Part shown: positions 1-11,180 of the stretch, piece after piece
How positions within the stretch are numbered: position 1 is the first letter of the stretch
Layout: each line of letters opens with the position of its first letter
Notes under the pieces: model-generated
What the model saw: the letters and a program-made list of their open reading frames with translations, nothing else
What the model was told of the DNA's origin: nothing
Databases searched by the model: none
NCBI RefSeq assembly: GCF_028641065.1
Contig: NC_073394.1
Location: forward strand, 14,012,001-14,076,000
Source of the DNA: Leucoraja erinacea
Lineage: Eukaryota
Direction: 5' to 3'
DNA length: 64,000 nt
Position numbers and translations under genes: made by a program

Positions 1-544
1 TTACTCGAGCACTTTGCGTCTTCTTTTACAAACTAATCTTAATGTAAGAATAAGGAATTGCAGATGCTAGTTTACAAAAAAGGATGCAAAGTGCTGGTAC
101 AACTCCACAGTTCAGGAAGCATCTCTGGTGGACATGGATAGGCAATGTTTTGGGACACTTCTTCAGACTGGTTTGAATAGGAGACATTTCGGGTCAGGAC
201 CGTTCAAAATGTATTTGTAAAATATTGTAAATATTCTTATTGTAAAATATCCTGAAATTCTTACACGCAGCTACTCTCTTATAATTGGTCTAAATGTGCT
301 CTTAATGTTAATAATCAGCACTTAGCAAACTAGATAGCTGAACAATATAGTTTTATTGTACTATCATTCCTTTGACATAAATATTTTGAAATGCCATGGA
401 TTTTGAATAATTATTTTAATCGGTCTTGTTTCTGATATGTCACGTTCTATTTCAATTATGTTCCAATTTATTTAGCGTGCTAGTATTCAAAATGTTAATT
501 ATAAAGATGCATTGGAAGCAGAGATAGATTACTGGACTGATAAA

Positions 545-1000
545 GACACAAAAAAAACAATGAAGTGCCAGAGTAAATCAACGTGTCTTTGGAGGACTTG
601 GATAGGTGATGTTTCAGATCAGGTCCCTTCTTCAGACTGGTTCTAAAAGAGGGAAGAAAAAAGAAGTGGGGGCAGGCCAAAGCCTGACATGTGATCAGTA
701 GTTACAGGTGAGGGGTGGTTTGATCTGCTATTCTAACAGATGGGTGAACAAAGACTAGAGATGAGGATCCAAAAGGATGTCAGGTAGGAGAGAAGAGGAG
801 TGAAATGTAAAGCCAGAAGGAGGGCTATGGGGAGGGCCAGATAGTGGGAGAAATGGGAGCACACCAGGGCTGAGCATTGGAGAGAGGTGGTAAAGAGGGG
901 TGGGTTGTTACTAAAATTGGAGAATTTAATGTTTATACCGTCGGGTTGTAAGCCACCCAAGCAGAATATAAGATTCTGTTCTTCCAATTTGCACATGGCC
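545..1000 (-). mobile_element. Penelope-like element 3' fragment (GIY-YIG C-terminus, 3' UTR, hammerhead-like terminal repeat)
   Basis: ORF 733..996 reads CKLEEQNLIFCLGGLQPDGINIKFSNF, matching the PLE endonuclease C-terminal pattern; downstream on the same strand is the ctgaagaaggg...gaaac repeat (610-635). Confidence 0.8.
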
Positions 1001-1009
1001 TCTCTCTTG

Positions 1010-1356
1010 TCTCTCCCCGTTGGATTGCAACCTTGTTGTGGTCGGGGAGCTTGTGTGTCTCAGTGACCTTTAGAGCTATGCCAGCGGGTGTCTCAGTGAC
1101 CCTTAGAGCTATGCCAGCGGGTGATTTGTCTCCTGTTAGGATCTCCGATGCTGGACAGGTCGAAGGGTAAAGGCGAGACGAAGAGCGATCCACTGGTCCT
1201 CCAGGTTGGAGGTTGAGCACAGGGCTCACAACCCTGTCTCGTAAAACAAATATGTTCCAGAAACAGCAATTGAAGTAATCAACACTGCTGAGTGGAGGAC
1301 CTTCGTTGCTGCTCTACATGCCAGGAGGCATAATAGGCAGTATGTAAGTAAGTAAG
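1010..1356 (+). mobile_element. Bipartite non-autonomous RTE-clade retroposon (RTE 5' UTR joined to RTE 3' end)
   Basis: 5' part ccttgttgtggtcggggagcttg...gagctatgcc...ggacaggtc...tccactgg resembles RTE/BovB 5' UTR; 3' part encodes WRTFVAALHARRHNRQ then (TAAG)n tail; approximate TSD tctctcttg 1001-1009 / tcactcttg 1357-1365. Confidence 0.7.
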
Positions 1357-1392
1357 TCACTCTTGCCTATGCCTCTTATCCCTATCATGGTC

Positions 1393-1660
1393 TAGACTTT
1401 AGACTTTAGAGATACAGAGTGGAAACAGGCCCTTCAGTCCACCAAGCCGGCACCGACCAGCGATCACGCCATGTATCAACACTGCCCTACTCTCTGGGGA
1501 CAATTTACAATTTTACCAAAGCCAATTAACCTACAAGCATCTTTAGGTGTGTGGGAGAAAACCGGAGCATCTGAAGAAAACCCACATGATCATAGGGAGA
1601 ACATGCAAACTCAATACAGACAGCACCTGTAGTCAGGTTCAAACCTGGGTCTCCGGCATA
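1393..1660 (-). mobile_element. tRNA-derived V-SINE (HE1-like), head truncated
   Basis: Reverse complement of V-domain core (gagtttgcatgttctccc...ggtttctcccacac) and (aagtct)n tail. Confidence 0.85.
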
Positions 1661-1923
1661 CTTTACTTTTGATTTTTTTTCCCCACAATTGTCTTGTCTT
1701 TGCAGTCTTTTTCTTTTCTCTGTCTTGTATAATTTATGTTTTGCGTGCTGTCTGAATCCGTCCCCGTGCCCTTCACTGTATTTCTGCAAATGACAATACA
1801 TTTGCTGATTGACTCGAATCATTTAGACAATCTCACTGCTGCTAGCTGCTACGCACCTTTGACCTGATGCCTGATAGCATCGGGCATCAGAAGTGGGTGG
1901 GGGGTGGGGGGGGGGATTCTCAC

Positions 1924-2098
1924 CACAAGGATTGCAAATCTTTGTCTGGTGCTCCTTCTCTGATCAGTGGCAAGCCCAGTTGCTTTAGTGCCAGCTGTAA
2001 ATCCTGCACCATTAAATCATCAAAATGTTCACGTTCCCGGTCGTAAGATAACAAGCTGCCAACATGATGCAAAATACAGATCAGTAATGTTTCTGAGC
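1924..2098 (-). CDS. Candidate internal coding exon of unknown host gene
   Basis: cattctAG acceptor, GTGAGA donor, open frame GSETLLICILHHVGSLLSYDREREHFDDLMVQDLQLALKQLGLPLIREGAPDKDLQSL in non-repeat DNA; no homolog recognised. Confidence 0.25.
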
Positions 2099-2429
2099 CT
2101 AGAATGCTGATCCTCGGATAAGAACCATACGTTATTGTTGTGAATGAAGCATTAAATAGATTAAACGGCATTAGTAAAGTGCCTTGACCGGAGGTCATTC
2201 AGAAAGCATGAAGTGCAAAGAAGAAATAAATGAACAGGTTTCACAATAATATCATGGTTTCCACTGGCAGCAGTGAATCTTTTTATTTGAACACAAGAAT
2301 AATGATAAATAAACTGCTATAGCATGGATTGAAAAAAGCAGATTGATTTGACCCAAGGAGAATAGTTATGGAAATAAAATTATTAAAGCAGGATTACTAA
2401 ACAGTAATACAACATTAGAATAAATGAAA

Positions 2430-3390
2430 AAGGGAATATGCTTTTCAGTGCCTAATGTCTGCTATGACATTCAACAAGGTCATAGCTTATCTTTTACCTT
2501 AGTGCCATTTGCCTCTACCAACCCCATTTCCCTTAAATCTTAAAAGTCCAAACATCTATTGATCTCTTTCTTAAATGCAGTTCATGAGCCTTCACAGCCC
2601 TCTTTGGTAGAAATTTCCAAAGACTTTAATTAAACTATGGGTGAAGAAATTACTTCTTAACTCTGTCCTGCATTAACCCCAGCCTTCCCCCTCCCCCCAT
2701 TGCCCACCACTACACCCTCCCATTTCAGTAATCAAACTGGTGAGCCTTCTCTGAACTCCTATCCTAATATTATCTCTTGCTGGATTGGGAGAACAGACTC
2801 AATGATAATATTTCAGACCTCTTTCATCGGGGCACATATAATTTGAACTAACCATCTCTTGGACCCAAATGCTCTTCACGAACAGGTAGATTTCTCCAAC
2901 TATAAACATTTCAGACTTTCATCACAATTAATAATCAACGCTTCTATTTTCTTCTACTAATCTCGTATTTTCTGCACCAAACCGCCTACATTCACTTCAT
3001 GTGTATAAATCTCCCTGTGGCTTCACTACATCCGCATCACTTCCCACGCTATCAGCCAGCTTTGTATCCTCAGTAAGCATGGATATATTGCATTTGATCC
3101 CTTAATCTAATCATTGATATAGATTGTGAGCAGATGGAGATGCAGTACAAATCCCTGTCTCACCCGATTAGTCACAGCTTCCCAATCTGAAAATAACCTG
3201 TATTCCCCCACTCTTCCTTTTTCTGCCCATTACCCTCAACCCCAACACTATTCAATTTAATGCTGTTTAATCAACTCTTGTTGAAGGCTTCCTGAAAGTT
3301 CAAACACATCGATTGCTTTGACCTGATGCATTCTGTGAGTTATAAACTCAAAAAAATCTAACAGGTTTGACAAACATCACTTCCCCATCA
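2430..3390 (-). mobile_element. Old, highly diverged CR1 LINE 3' portion
   Basis: Degenerate versions of CR1 RT and 3' end motifs (gtgaagaaattacttctt, aaggcttcctgaaagttcaaa, tttgacaaacatcacttcccc). Confidence 0.6.
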
Positions 3391-3433
3391 TAAGTCCAAT
3401 AAGGGCCAGATAGAAACCTCCAAAATTGCAAGA

Positions 3434-3560
3434 CTGAAGAAGGGTCTCAACCCGAAATCGAGTCTGATGAAGGGTCTCAATCCAAAACGTCACCCATTCC
3501 TTCTCTCCAGAGATGCTATCTGTTCCGCAGAGCTACTCCAGCTTTTTGTGTCTATCTATA
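3434..3560 (+). mobile_element. PLE-derived short element with two tandem hammerhead-like cores
   Basis: ctgaaga-agggtctcaaccc-gaaa at 3434 and ctgatga-agggtctcaatcc-aaaacgtc at 3464, followed by family body. Confidence 0.75.
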
Positions 3561-4183
3561 CGATTAATAAGATTTACAAATGTCATTTGAGTATGAAGCA
3601 GTAAGATGTTTTGATGATGGGATGTGATTTTCATGCTGGTAAGTGTTCAAATTCAATGGACCCACTCATTCAACCTTTTTTTTTAAAATCTTGTTTCATG
3701 GTTCAGATATCCTCACTGCAGCATGCACTCCCTTTTACTTTTGTGTCAACAGCACTTGGTTACATTACTCTCTGCCCTTTACATAGGTCATTAATATAGA
3801 TAGCAAATCTTTGAGTACCAGCAACTGTTCCCAGAGCACGTCACAAGCTACATAAAAAACCCCAGCATTGCCGGGTAAAAAATGCGGCCAAATTTAATGA
3901 AATTGTTCAAATAAAAATAAAATAATTCATAAGATTATTGTGATACAATCTTTCATAAGATTTCTTTCAGCTTCAGTATCCTGGGAGATATGTGCCTCAT
4001 CATAAATATCACGTAACAGTGAGTAAAAACAACATATCAGTGTGAATGTCTTTTAATGCACAGTTCCATTAACTATTACATGCGTTGAAACCTTTTGAAA
4101 TGTAATATGATTTTTAAGAGCAAAAATATAAGGGTTCTATATTCTAAGATTATATTTCAAGCGTATTTCAGCATTTACCCATA

Positions 4184-4372
4184 GGGTGGCACAGTGGCAC
4201 AGCGGTAGAGGTGCTGCCTTACAGCGCCAGAGACCCAGGCTCGATCCTGACTACGGGTGGCGTCTGTACGAAGTTTGTACGTTCTCCCGGTGACCTATGT
4301 GGGTTTTCTAAGAGAACTTTGGTTTCCTCCCACACTCCAAAGACATACAGGTTTGTAGGTTAATTGCCTTCG

Positions 4373-4458
<86 letters not shown>

Positions 4459-4620
4459 TTGGCCAAGTATTCACATACAAGGAATTTGCCTTGGTGCTCC
4501 GCCCAAATGTAAATTCTCCCTAATGTGTGTAGGATAGTATTAATGTGTGGGGATCGCTGGTCGGTGCAGACTCCATGCTATATCTCTAAACTAAACTAAA
4601 CTAAACTAAACTAAACTAAA
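4184..4620 (+). mobile_element. V-SINE (HE1-like) with nested LINE tail
   Basis: tRNA-like head (A box tggcacagcggt, B box ggctcgatcc), V domain, (taaac)n tail. Confidence 0.9.
4375..4506 (-). repeat. (TAAG)n microsatellite that is the expanded tail of a short L2/Rex1-type LINE 3' end nested in the SINE
   Basis: About 20 taag units joined to ttggccaagtattcacatacaaggaatttgccttgg; SINE resumes at tgtaaatt. Confidence 0.7.
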
Positions 4621-4875
4621 AAGAAATAGAAAATGTTTTAGAAGATAGACACAAAATGCCAGAGTAACTGAGCAGAAGAGGCAGTATCTCTGGAGAGAAG
4701 GAATGGGCGACGTTTTGGTTTGAGACCCTTCTTCAGATATTAAACTTGAATGTATTTTATATAATAACATAATTACCAAAGTGGTCATAGACGATAGTTA
4801 GCTGGTGTGGAACTTGCCAAATCTTGCCATTGGTTTCTCATTGATTGCAAATAGCATTTTTTTTTCTTTAGTAAT

Positions 4876-5129
4876 TAGAAACATAGAAATTAGGTGCAGG
4901 AGTAGGCCATTCGGCCCTTCGAGCCTGCACCGCCATTCAATATGATCATGGCTGATCATCCAACTCAGTATCCTGTACCTGCCTTCTCCCCATACCCCCT
5001 GATCCCCTTAGCCACAAGGGCCACATCTAACTCCCTCTTAAATATAGCCAATGAACTGGCCTCAACTACCCTCTGTGGCAGAGAATTCCAGAGATTCACC
5101 ACTCTCTGTGTGAAAAAAGTTCTTCTCAT
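4876..5129 (-). mobile_element. Young CR1 LINE 3' fragment
   Basis: FFTQRVVNLWNSLPQRVVEASSLAIFKRELD; (tttctatg)n tail. Confidence 0.92.
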
Positions 5130-5574
5130 TGTTGAATGAGTCCCAGTCATTAAAGTGAACCTCCAGGACAGAGCTTGGCAGGACACTTGACAGATGTTCC
5201 ATTTCAAGAGAAAGTTTTTAAAAACACACTCAAGAGGCAATTAGAGAGTAAAAGACTGTGAGAAGGTTGGAGAATACAATCACTAGCAAAACATCCGCAT
5301 TTAAAATGTTGGCTTGAAATTTGTACTCCGTGACCTGCTGTGAACTTCCAGATTGTTTCACTTAAGTTGAGAAATGATCTTCAAGCCAAATATAAAGACC
5401 AACTCATGTGGAAAGGGATCAGAATATAAACATTCTAAGAGAAGAAAATTCAAGCAAAAGTTGCTGCGGATGGCACTTTAGTTGCCTTCTTCCTCGGCCA
5501 TGGGAAATAATTATCTCTTGCATCACGATGCACAGTTTGTTTCGCCAACACTTTAACCCAATTGCAAGGAATAA

Positions 5575-5876
5575 AGTTTAGTTTGGAGATACAGCGTGGA
5601 AACTGGCCTTTTAACCCATTTAGTCCACACCGACCAGCAATCTCCACATAGTAACACAATTCTACACACACCAGGGACAATTTACAATTATACCAAGCCA
5701 ATTAACCTACAAACCTGTATATCTTTGGAGTGTGGGAGGAAATCGAAGCTCCCGGAGAAAACCCACGCAGGTCATGAGGAGAATGTACAAACTCCGTTCA
5801 AACAAGCACCCGTAGTCAGTATTGAACCCAGGACTCTGGCGCTGTAAGGCAGCAATTCTACCGCTGCACCACAGTG
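5575..5876 (-). mobile_element. V-SINE (HE1-like)
   Basis: Head, V domain and tail on minus strand. Confidence 0.88.
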
Positions 5877-5879
5877 TGA

Positions 5880-6510
5880 TATAAAGTACTGGAGAAACTT
5901 AGGAACGAAAGTAGGGCAGGTGCCAAAACCCAATAGACTGCCCACTAGGATGTCACAAGAAATGGATGCAGAAAAAGCCAACCAAATTTTACAACCAAAA
6001 TTACTAATTGGTTGTAATTTTGGTAACTTGTTAAACTTGGGGAGGGTATAAGAAAATTTGAAAACAGCTAATGTAACACATTTGCTGAAAAAAGGACAAA
6101 GGCGGAAGACTGGGAACATGTGTCCAGTTAGTTTAATAACTATGATTGGCAAGATGTTAGTCACCAATCAAAGAGCAACCAACTAATCGTTTGAAAGCTG
6201 AATATAATTGAACTAGTCAACGTCATTTTACGAAAGGTAAATCAGTTTTGACAAATGTGATTGAATCATTTGCGGATGGAATAGGGAGTGTTGATCAAGG
6301 GTAAACTGCAGATCTCATGTATTTACATTTCCAAACGACATTTGACAAGATGCCACATAAAAGATTATTAAATTAAAAGCTTATTGGTATCAGAGGAAGA
6401 ATGTAATGGATTGAAAACTGTCTGTCTCCTAGAAAATGGAAAGTTGGTATAAAGGAGGAAACTAACTAAGTACTACAGAGCTCAGATCTTGGCCCACAGT
6501 TACTCACTAT
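5880..6510 (+). mobile_element. Old CR1 RT fragment
   Basis: Degenerate ANVT..FKKG, PVSL, YLHFQTTFDKMPHKRLL motifs. Confidence 0.7.
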
Positions 6511-7865
6511 TTTTCTAATGCTAATTTTCTTTCTCAACACTATTTTCCCACCCTTTCCACATATCCCTTGACTTCTGTAGTATCCAGAAACCTATTGATC
6601 TCTTATGTGAATGCAATCAATGAATAAGCCACACAGTGTAGAGAATTCTGAAAATTCAGCATTTCTTGTGCGAAGAAATTTGTCTTAATTTCAGGTTTCA
6701 TTGATTGGCCTGAAGAAGGGTCTTGACCTGAAATGTCACGTATTCATGTTCTCCAAGGATACAGCATGGTAAAAAGCCTTACAGCCCAACTTGCCTATGC
6801 TAGCCAACATGTCCCATCTACACTAATCCCATCTGCCTGCATTTGGCCCATATCTCTCAAAACATATCCTATCCATGTACCTATTTAAATGTTCCTTAAA
6901 CTTTGTGATAGTACTTACTGAAGCCAAATATAATTGCCTTGAGATGGTGATGGTGTGCCTCCTTCTTGGACTACCTCTGTCTCTCTCGTGATGTTATTCC
7001 TATAGTGCTGTTGGGTATGAAGTTTCAACATTAGACAATTATTGCAACATTGAGGAGCATCAATATGATTTCAAATCAGGTTGGTGTGCAACTCGAAGGG
7101 GAGCCTGCAGGTGGCGGTGTTCCATTGCTTCTACTGATCTTGCCCCTGTTGGTGGTAGGGTTTGGTTGCAGCTGCCAGAAAGCCTTGGTGAGTAACTGCA
7201 GCATATTTTGAAGGTGGTAAATACTGCTGCCAAAGTGAGGGAGGAAATGAAAGCCTAATGAGGTCCACAGGATTCCATCAAGTGTGCGGCTTTATCTAGA
7301 ATTGTGTTGAACTTCTTGAGAGTTATTGAAGCTGCACTTAACCAACAAATGTCCTTCTGACTTGCACCAAGCTGAAAATACTTTCTTCAGACTGCTTTGT
7401 TTTGCATGTGGAAATAATTTCAGCTGGGCACAGAAGCAGACAGAAACAATGAGCCGGAACCCAGTCTGAATAAGGGTTGCAACCCGAAATGCACCTATTC
7501 CCTTTCTCCAAAGGTGCTGCCTGACCCATTGAGTTACTCCAACATTTTGTGTCTTATACATTTTGTGTACAAGCCAGCATTTGCAATTCCTTCCTATAAA
7601 TCCAATTATTTCAGCCAGAGATGAGTAAGAATTGATTGTGGCTTGCCATCTTATAGTAAATAAGCAGGTTAGATTCTTCTTGAAGAAGATACAAGCAGGT
7701 AATAGCAAGACCAGTATTCCTAGAGTTATTGACAGTCATCTAAGCCTTCATGGGAACACACCATTTACTTTGGTTGAAGAAGACACAGAATACTGGGGTC
7801 AAGCAATATCTCAGGAGAACATGGAAAGGTGATGTTTCAAGTTGGGACCTTTCTTCAGACTATTT

Positions 7866-8267
7866 ATAGAAACATCGAAAATAGGTACAGGAGTAGGCCA
7901 TTCGTCCCTTCGAGCCTGCACCGCCATTCAATATGATCATGGCTGATCATCCAACTCAGTATCCTGTACCTGCCTTCTCTCCATACCCCCCGATCCCTTT
8001 AGCCCACAAGGGCCCCATCTAACTCCCTCTTAAATACAGTCAATGAACTGGCCTCAACTACCTTCTGTGGCAGAGAATTCCACAGATTCATCACTCCATG
8101 TGTGAAAAATGTTTTTCTCATCTCGGTCCTAAAAGGCTTTCCCCTTATCCTTAAACTGTGACCCCTTGTCCTGGACTTCCCCAACATCGGGAACAATTTT
8201 CCTGCATCTAGCCTGTCCAACCCCTTAAGAATTTTGTAAGTTTCTATAAGAATTTTGTAAGTTTCTA
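7866..8267 (-). mobile_element. Young CR1 LINE 3' fragment
   Basis: IETYKILKGLDRLDAGKLFPMLGKSRTRGHSLRIRG...NLWNSLPQ; CR1 tail. Confidence 0.92.
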
Positions 8268-9049
8268 TCTTGAAACTTACAAAATTGTCTTTATCTTGCC
8301 AATGCCCACATTTGTCTATAACTGCCTCCAATGATTCAATCTAGCTTTTTAAAGCAGCACTATTTGGTCTGTGAGGGAACTATAACATTAGCAAAGACAG
8401 TTATTACTTGACATCTTGGAAATGAGGTTGACAACCAAATGAAAGTATGAAAAACAATGCATGGTTGTTTAAAGCAAAGTCTGGCAATACCTTTGTACAA
8501 CATTGTGTTAATGATGATTTGCTGCTCTTACATCATTTTTTGCCAGGCGTTTGTTTCTACTACATAGCTATCAGTCATCTATTTTGGTTTCTAGAACTGC
8601 TTTGAATAAATATGGATCCCGATCACCACTAAAAGGAAATTCTTACACCCCCAATTGCTTTCCTCTGCCTTTGCTTCTCCATAAAGGTTTGATTTTCCAA
8701 TGGCCTGGTGCAAGTTGTCTTAATTACTTCGTAATAGAATGAGTACAAAATGTGGGATTTACGGGACACATGAATATAATATAGTTCTCATTTGAAGATA
8801 TTCTTATTGTATTCCTATTATAAGTTCATTTATTCAAGCTTATAATGAATGATGCCTGTGCAAAGCTGCCATGCCTAACCATTGCCTTGCCAGCAGCACA
8901 GTCTATTAGTTGGAGAAGTCAATTGCTGGTTTATATCTTTGGTATTCACTGGAAATGTGGGCATAAAAGATCACTATAGAAAATGTGTGTAGTATTGTAA
9001 TATATTTGTTAAGATTGAAACTATTTGAGGTACTATACCTCTCGTAGTG

Positions 9050-9730
9050 TCATATAGTTATAAAGTGATACAGTGTGGAAACAGACTCTTCAGCCCAACT
9101 TGCCTGCACCGGCCAACATGTTCCAACTACACTAGTCCCACCTGCCTGCGTTTGGTCCATATCCCTCCAAACCTGTTCTATCCATGTACATGTCTAACAG
9201 TTTCTTAAATGTTGGGAGAGTTTCTACCTCAGCTACCTCCTCTGGCAGCTTGTTCCATACTCCACCACCCTTTGTTTGATAAAGTTACCCCTCAGATTCC
9301 TATTAAATCTTTTCCCCTTCACCTTAAACCTATATTCACCTACTCTGGGCAAGAGACTCTGTGCATCTATCCGATTTATTCCTCTCATAATTTTATACAC
9401 CTTAATAAGATCACCCCTCTATTCAAGGAATAGAGTCTCAGCCTACTCAACCTCTCCCTATAGCTCAGACCCTATAGCCCTGGCAACATCCTTGTAAATC
9501 TTCTCTGTACCCTTTCGAGCTTGACAACATCTTTCCTATAACATGGTGCTGAGAACTGAACACAATACTCTAAGTGTTTAAGAAGGAACTGCAGATGTTG
9601 GAAAATCAAAGGTACACAAAAAAGCTGGAGAAACTCAGCGGGTGCAGCAGCATCTATGGAGCGAAGGAAAAAGGCAACGTTTTGGGCCGAAACCCTTCTT
9701 CAGACAATACTCTAAGTGCAGCCTCACCTC
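9050..9730 (-). mobile_element. CR1 LINE 3' fragment (second subfamily) interrupted by PLE-derived element
   Basis: Reverse strand has [10 protein letters not shown] and RLYSLN-like motifs plus CR1 3' UTR. Confidence 0.8.
9577..9703 (-). mobile_element. PLE-derived short element with hammerhead-like core, 15-bp TSD
   Basis: TSD acaatactctaagtg at 9562-9576 and 9704-9718; core ctgaagaagggtttcggcccaaaacgtt on minus strand. Confidence 0.85.
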
Positions 9731-10186
9731 CGCTTATGCTGTGTGCCCTAGGGATTCTCATACCCCGCTGTGATGGCTGTTTATGTTTAATCCTTGTGTA
9801 GTTTTATATCTTGTTGCTTTTTTGGTATGACTGTTTTGCAAATCAAATCTCTCTGTACCTCGGTACACGGGAATGTAAAGGACCATTGACCATAGAACCA
9901 TTGAACCAACACCTTGTGCAACTGCAACTTGATACAACTTATACAACTCTCCCTACACAAATTCTGATCGTGCAATGATGCTCTGAAATCTGTTGGATCA
10001 GTGCCAGCTGTGTCCCAGATTGAAATACTGATTTTGGTCAGGCTTGGCAATAACGTGAAAACTGTAGTTTTTTAATTTTTGGTCTTAAACCCCACAATGT
10101 GCACACAATGCCTTTTTAGCAATATTGTTGATGTGTTTACTGCATTTTTGGAACAGTGGTTACATGAAGGAAAGTGAATCTATTCA

Positions 10187-10428
10187 CGGGCCTGTCCCTC
10201 TTGGGCGTCATTTGCACGTCACGCAAGTGGCACGCGAGGATTTTGAGAATCCCAAAATCCTGGGGCGCTGCATGCTACCGCTCGTCACTGCCTGCGCCAC
10301 CACATCTTACAATGCGCCATGCGCACGTAACGCACGGCATGTGGGCATTACGCACGCATCGTGCATGTTGACATGTAAATGATGCCATGTAAATAACGTG
10401 CAAATAAAGCCCAAGTGGGACAGGCCCT
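10187..10428. mobile_element. PIF/Harbinger-type MITE
   Basis: TIRs gggcctgtccctcttgggc / gcccaagtgggacaggccc; 3-bp TSD tca on both sides; CpG-rich interior. Confidence 0.8.
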
Positions 10429-11025
10429 TCAGGGACTGCTAGTTTCTCACTGTTGTCCACAGCTGCCACACCACCTGTTATCCATTTTCTTTTGGTACCT
10501 GTACAAGTTTAAAATAAAATGTGACTGTTGCAATTTGGAGACAACCTCAGACATGCTTTTGACACAGAGATACATAAATCTGTTCATTTCGTTGGCTCAC
10601 TTATCCCATCCACTCATAAATCTGCAGATTTGAACTAATGCCAGGATACAGTTGCGTAAATAGGATGTTGTGCCTTGAAACACAAAGGGTAAGGTCACAG
10701 CCAGTGTTAAGATCAAGCAATTTAATTCACAGATTGGATTGCCTACGTGCTTTTATATATAGGATTTGGAAGGAATATCCAGAACAGTATTTGTAAGAAT
10801 CAATTGGATGGATTACCGTATTTTAAACTTTCCCTTTCAGTTAATGAAAAAAACTGCAAACTAATGTTTGTAATTATATGTTTCAACGAGGCATCATCTA
10901 CAAGGAAAGACTATAAGCAAGCTGTAAAAAGTTCTGTTATTCTGCTTCTCATGAATAATCCATCTATCTCAGTTTATTTCATTGGAATTATGATGCATCC
11001 AGAGTAAAATCTGGCTGGAACATTA

Positions 11026-11180
11026 AGGGCCTGTCCCACGAGCATGCGACTGCATGCGGCAAGTGCGACCGGCGGTGGGGCCGGGCGGCAATGGGTGACT
11101 CAGCGGCGGTGGGGCCTCTGTGGCAGTAGGGCCTCGCGATCGACCCGAGGTCAGGATCGAACCAGATCTCTGGCACCTCA
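11026..11180. mobile_element. Truncated Harbinger-type MITE (one TIR)
   Basis: tta|agggcctgtcccac terminus shared with other copies; no matching second TIR. Confidence 0.6.

Noticed and set aside
4184-4260. tRNA gene
   Set aside because: A/B boxes belong to SINE heads that continue into V domain and tail; no complete cloverleaf
4295-4480. LLTY-repeat ORF
   Set aside because: Translation of the (TAAG)n microsatellite
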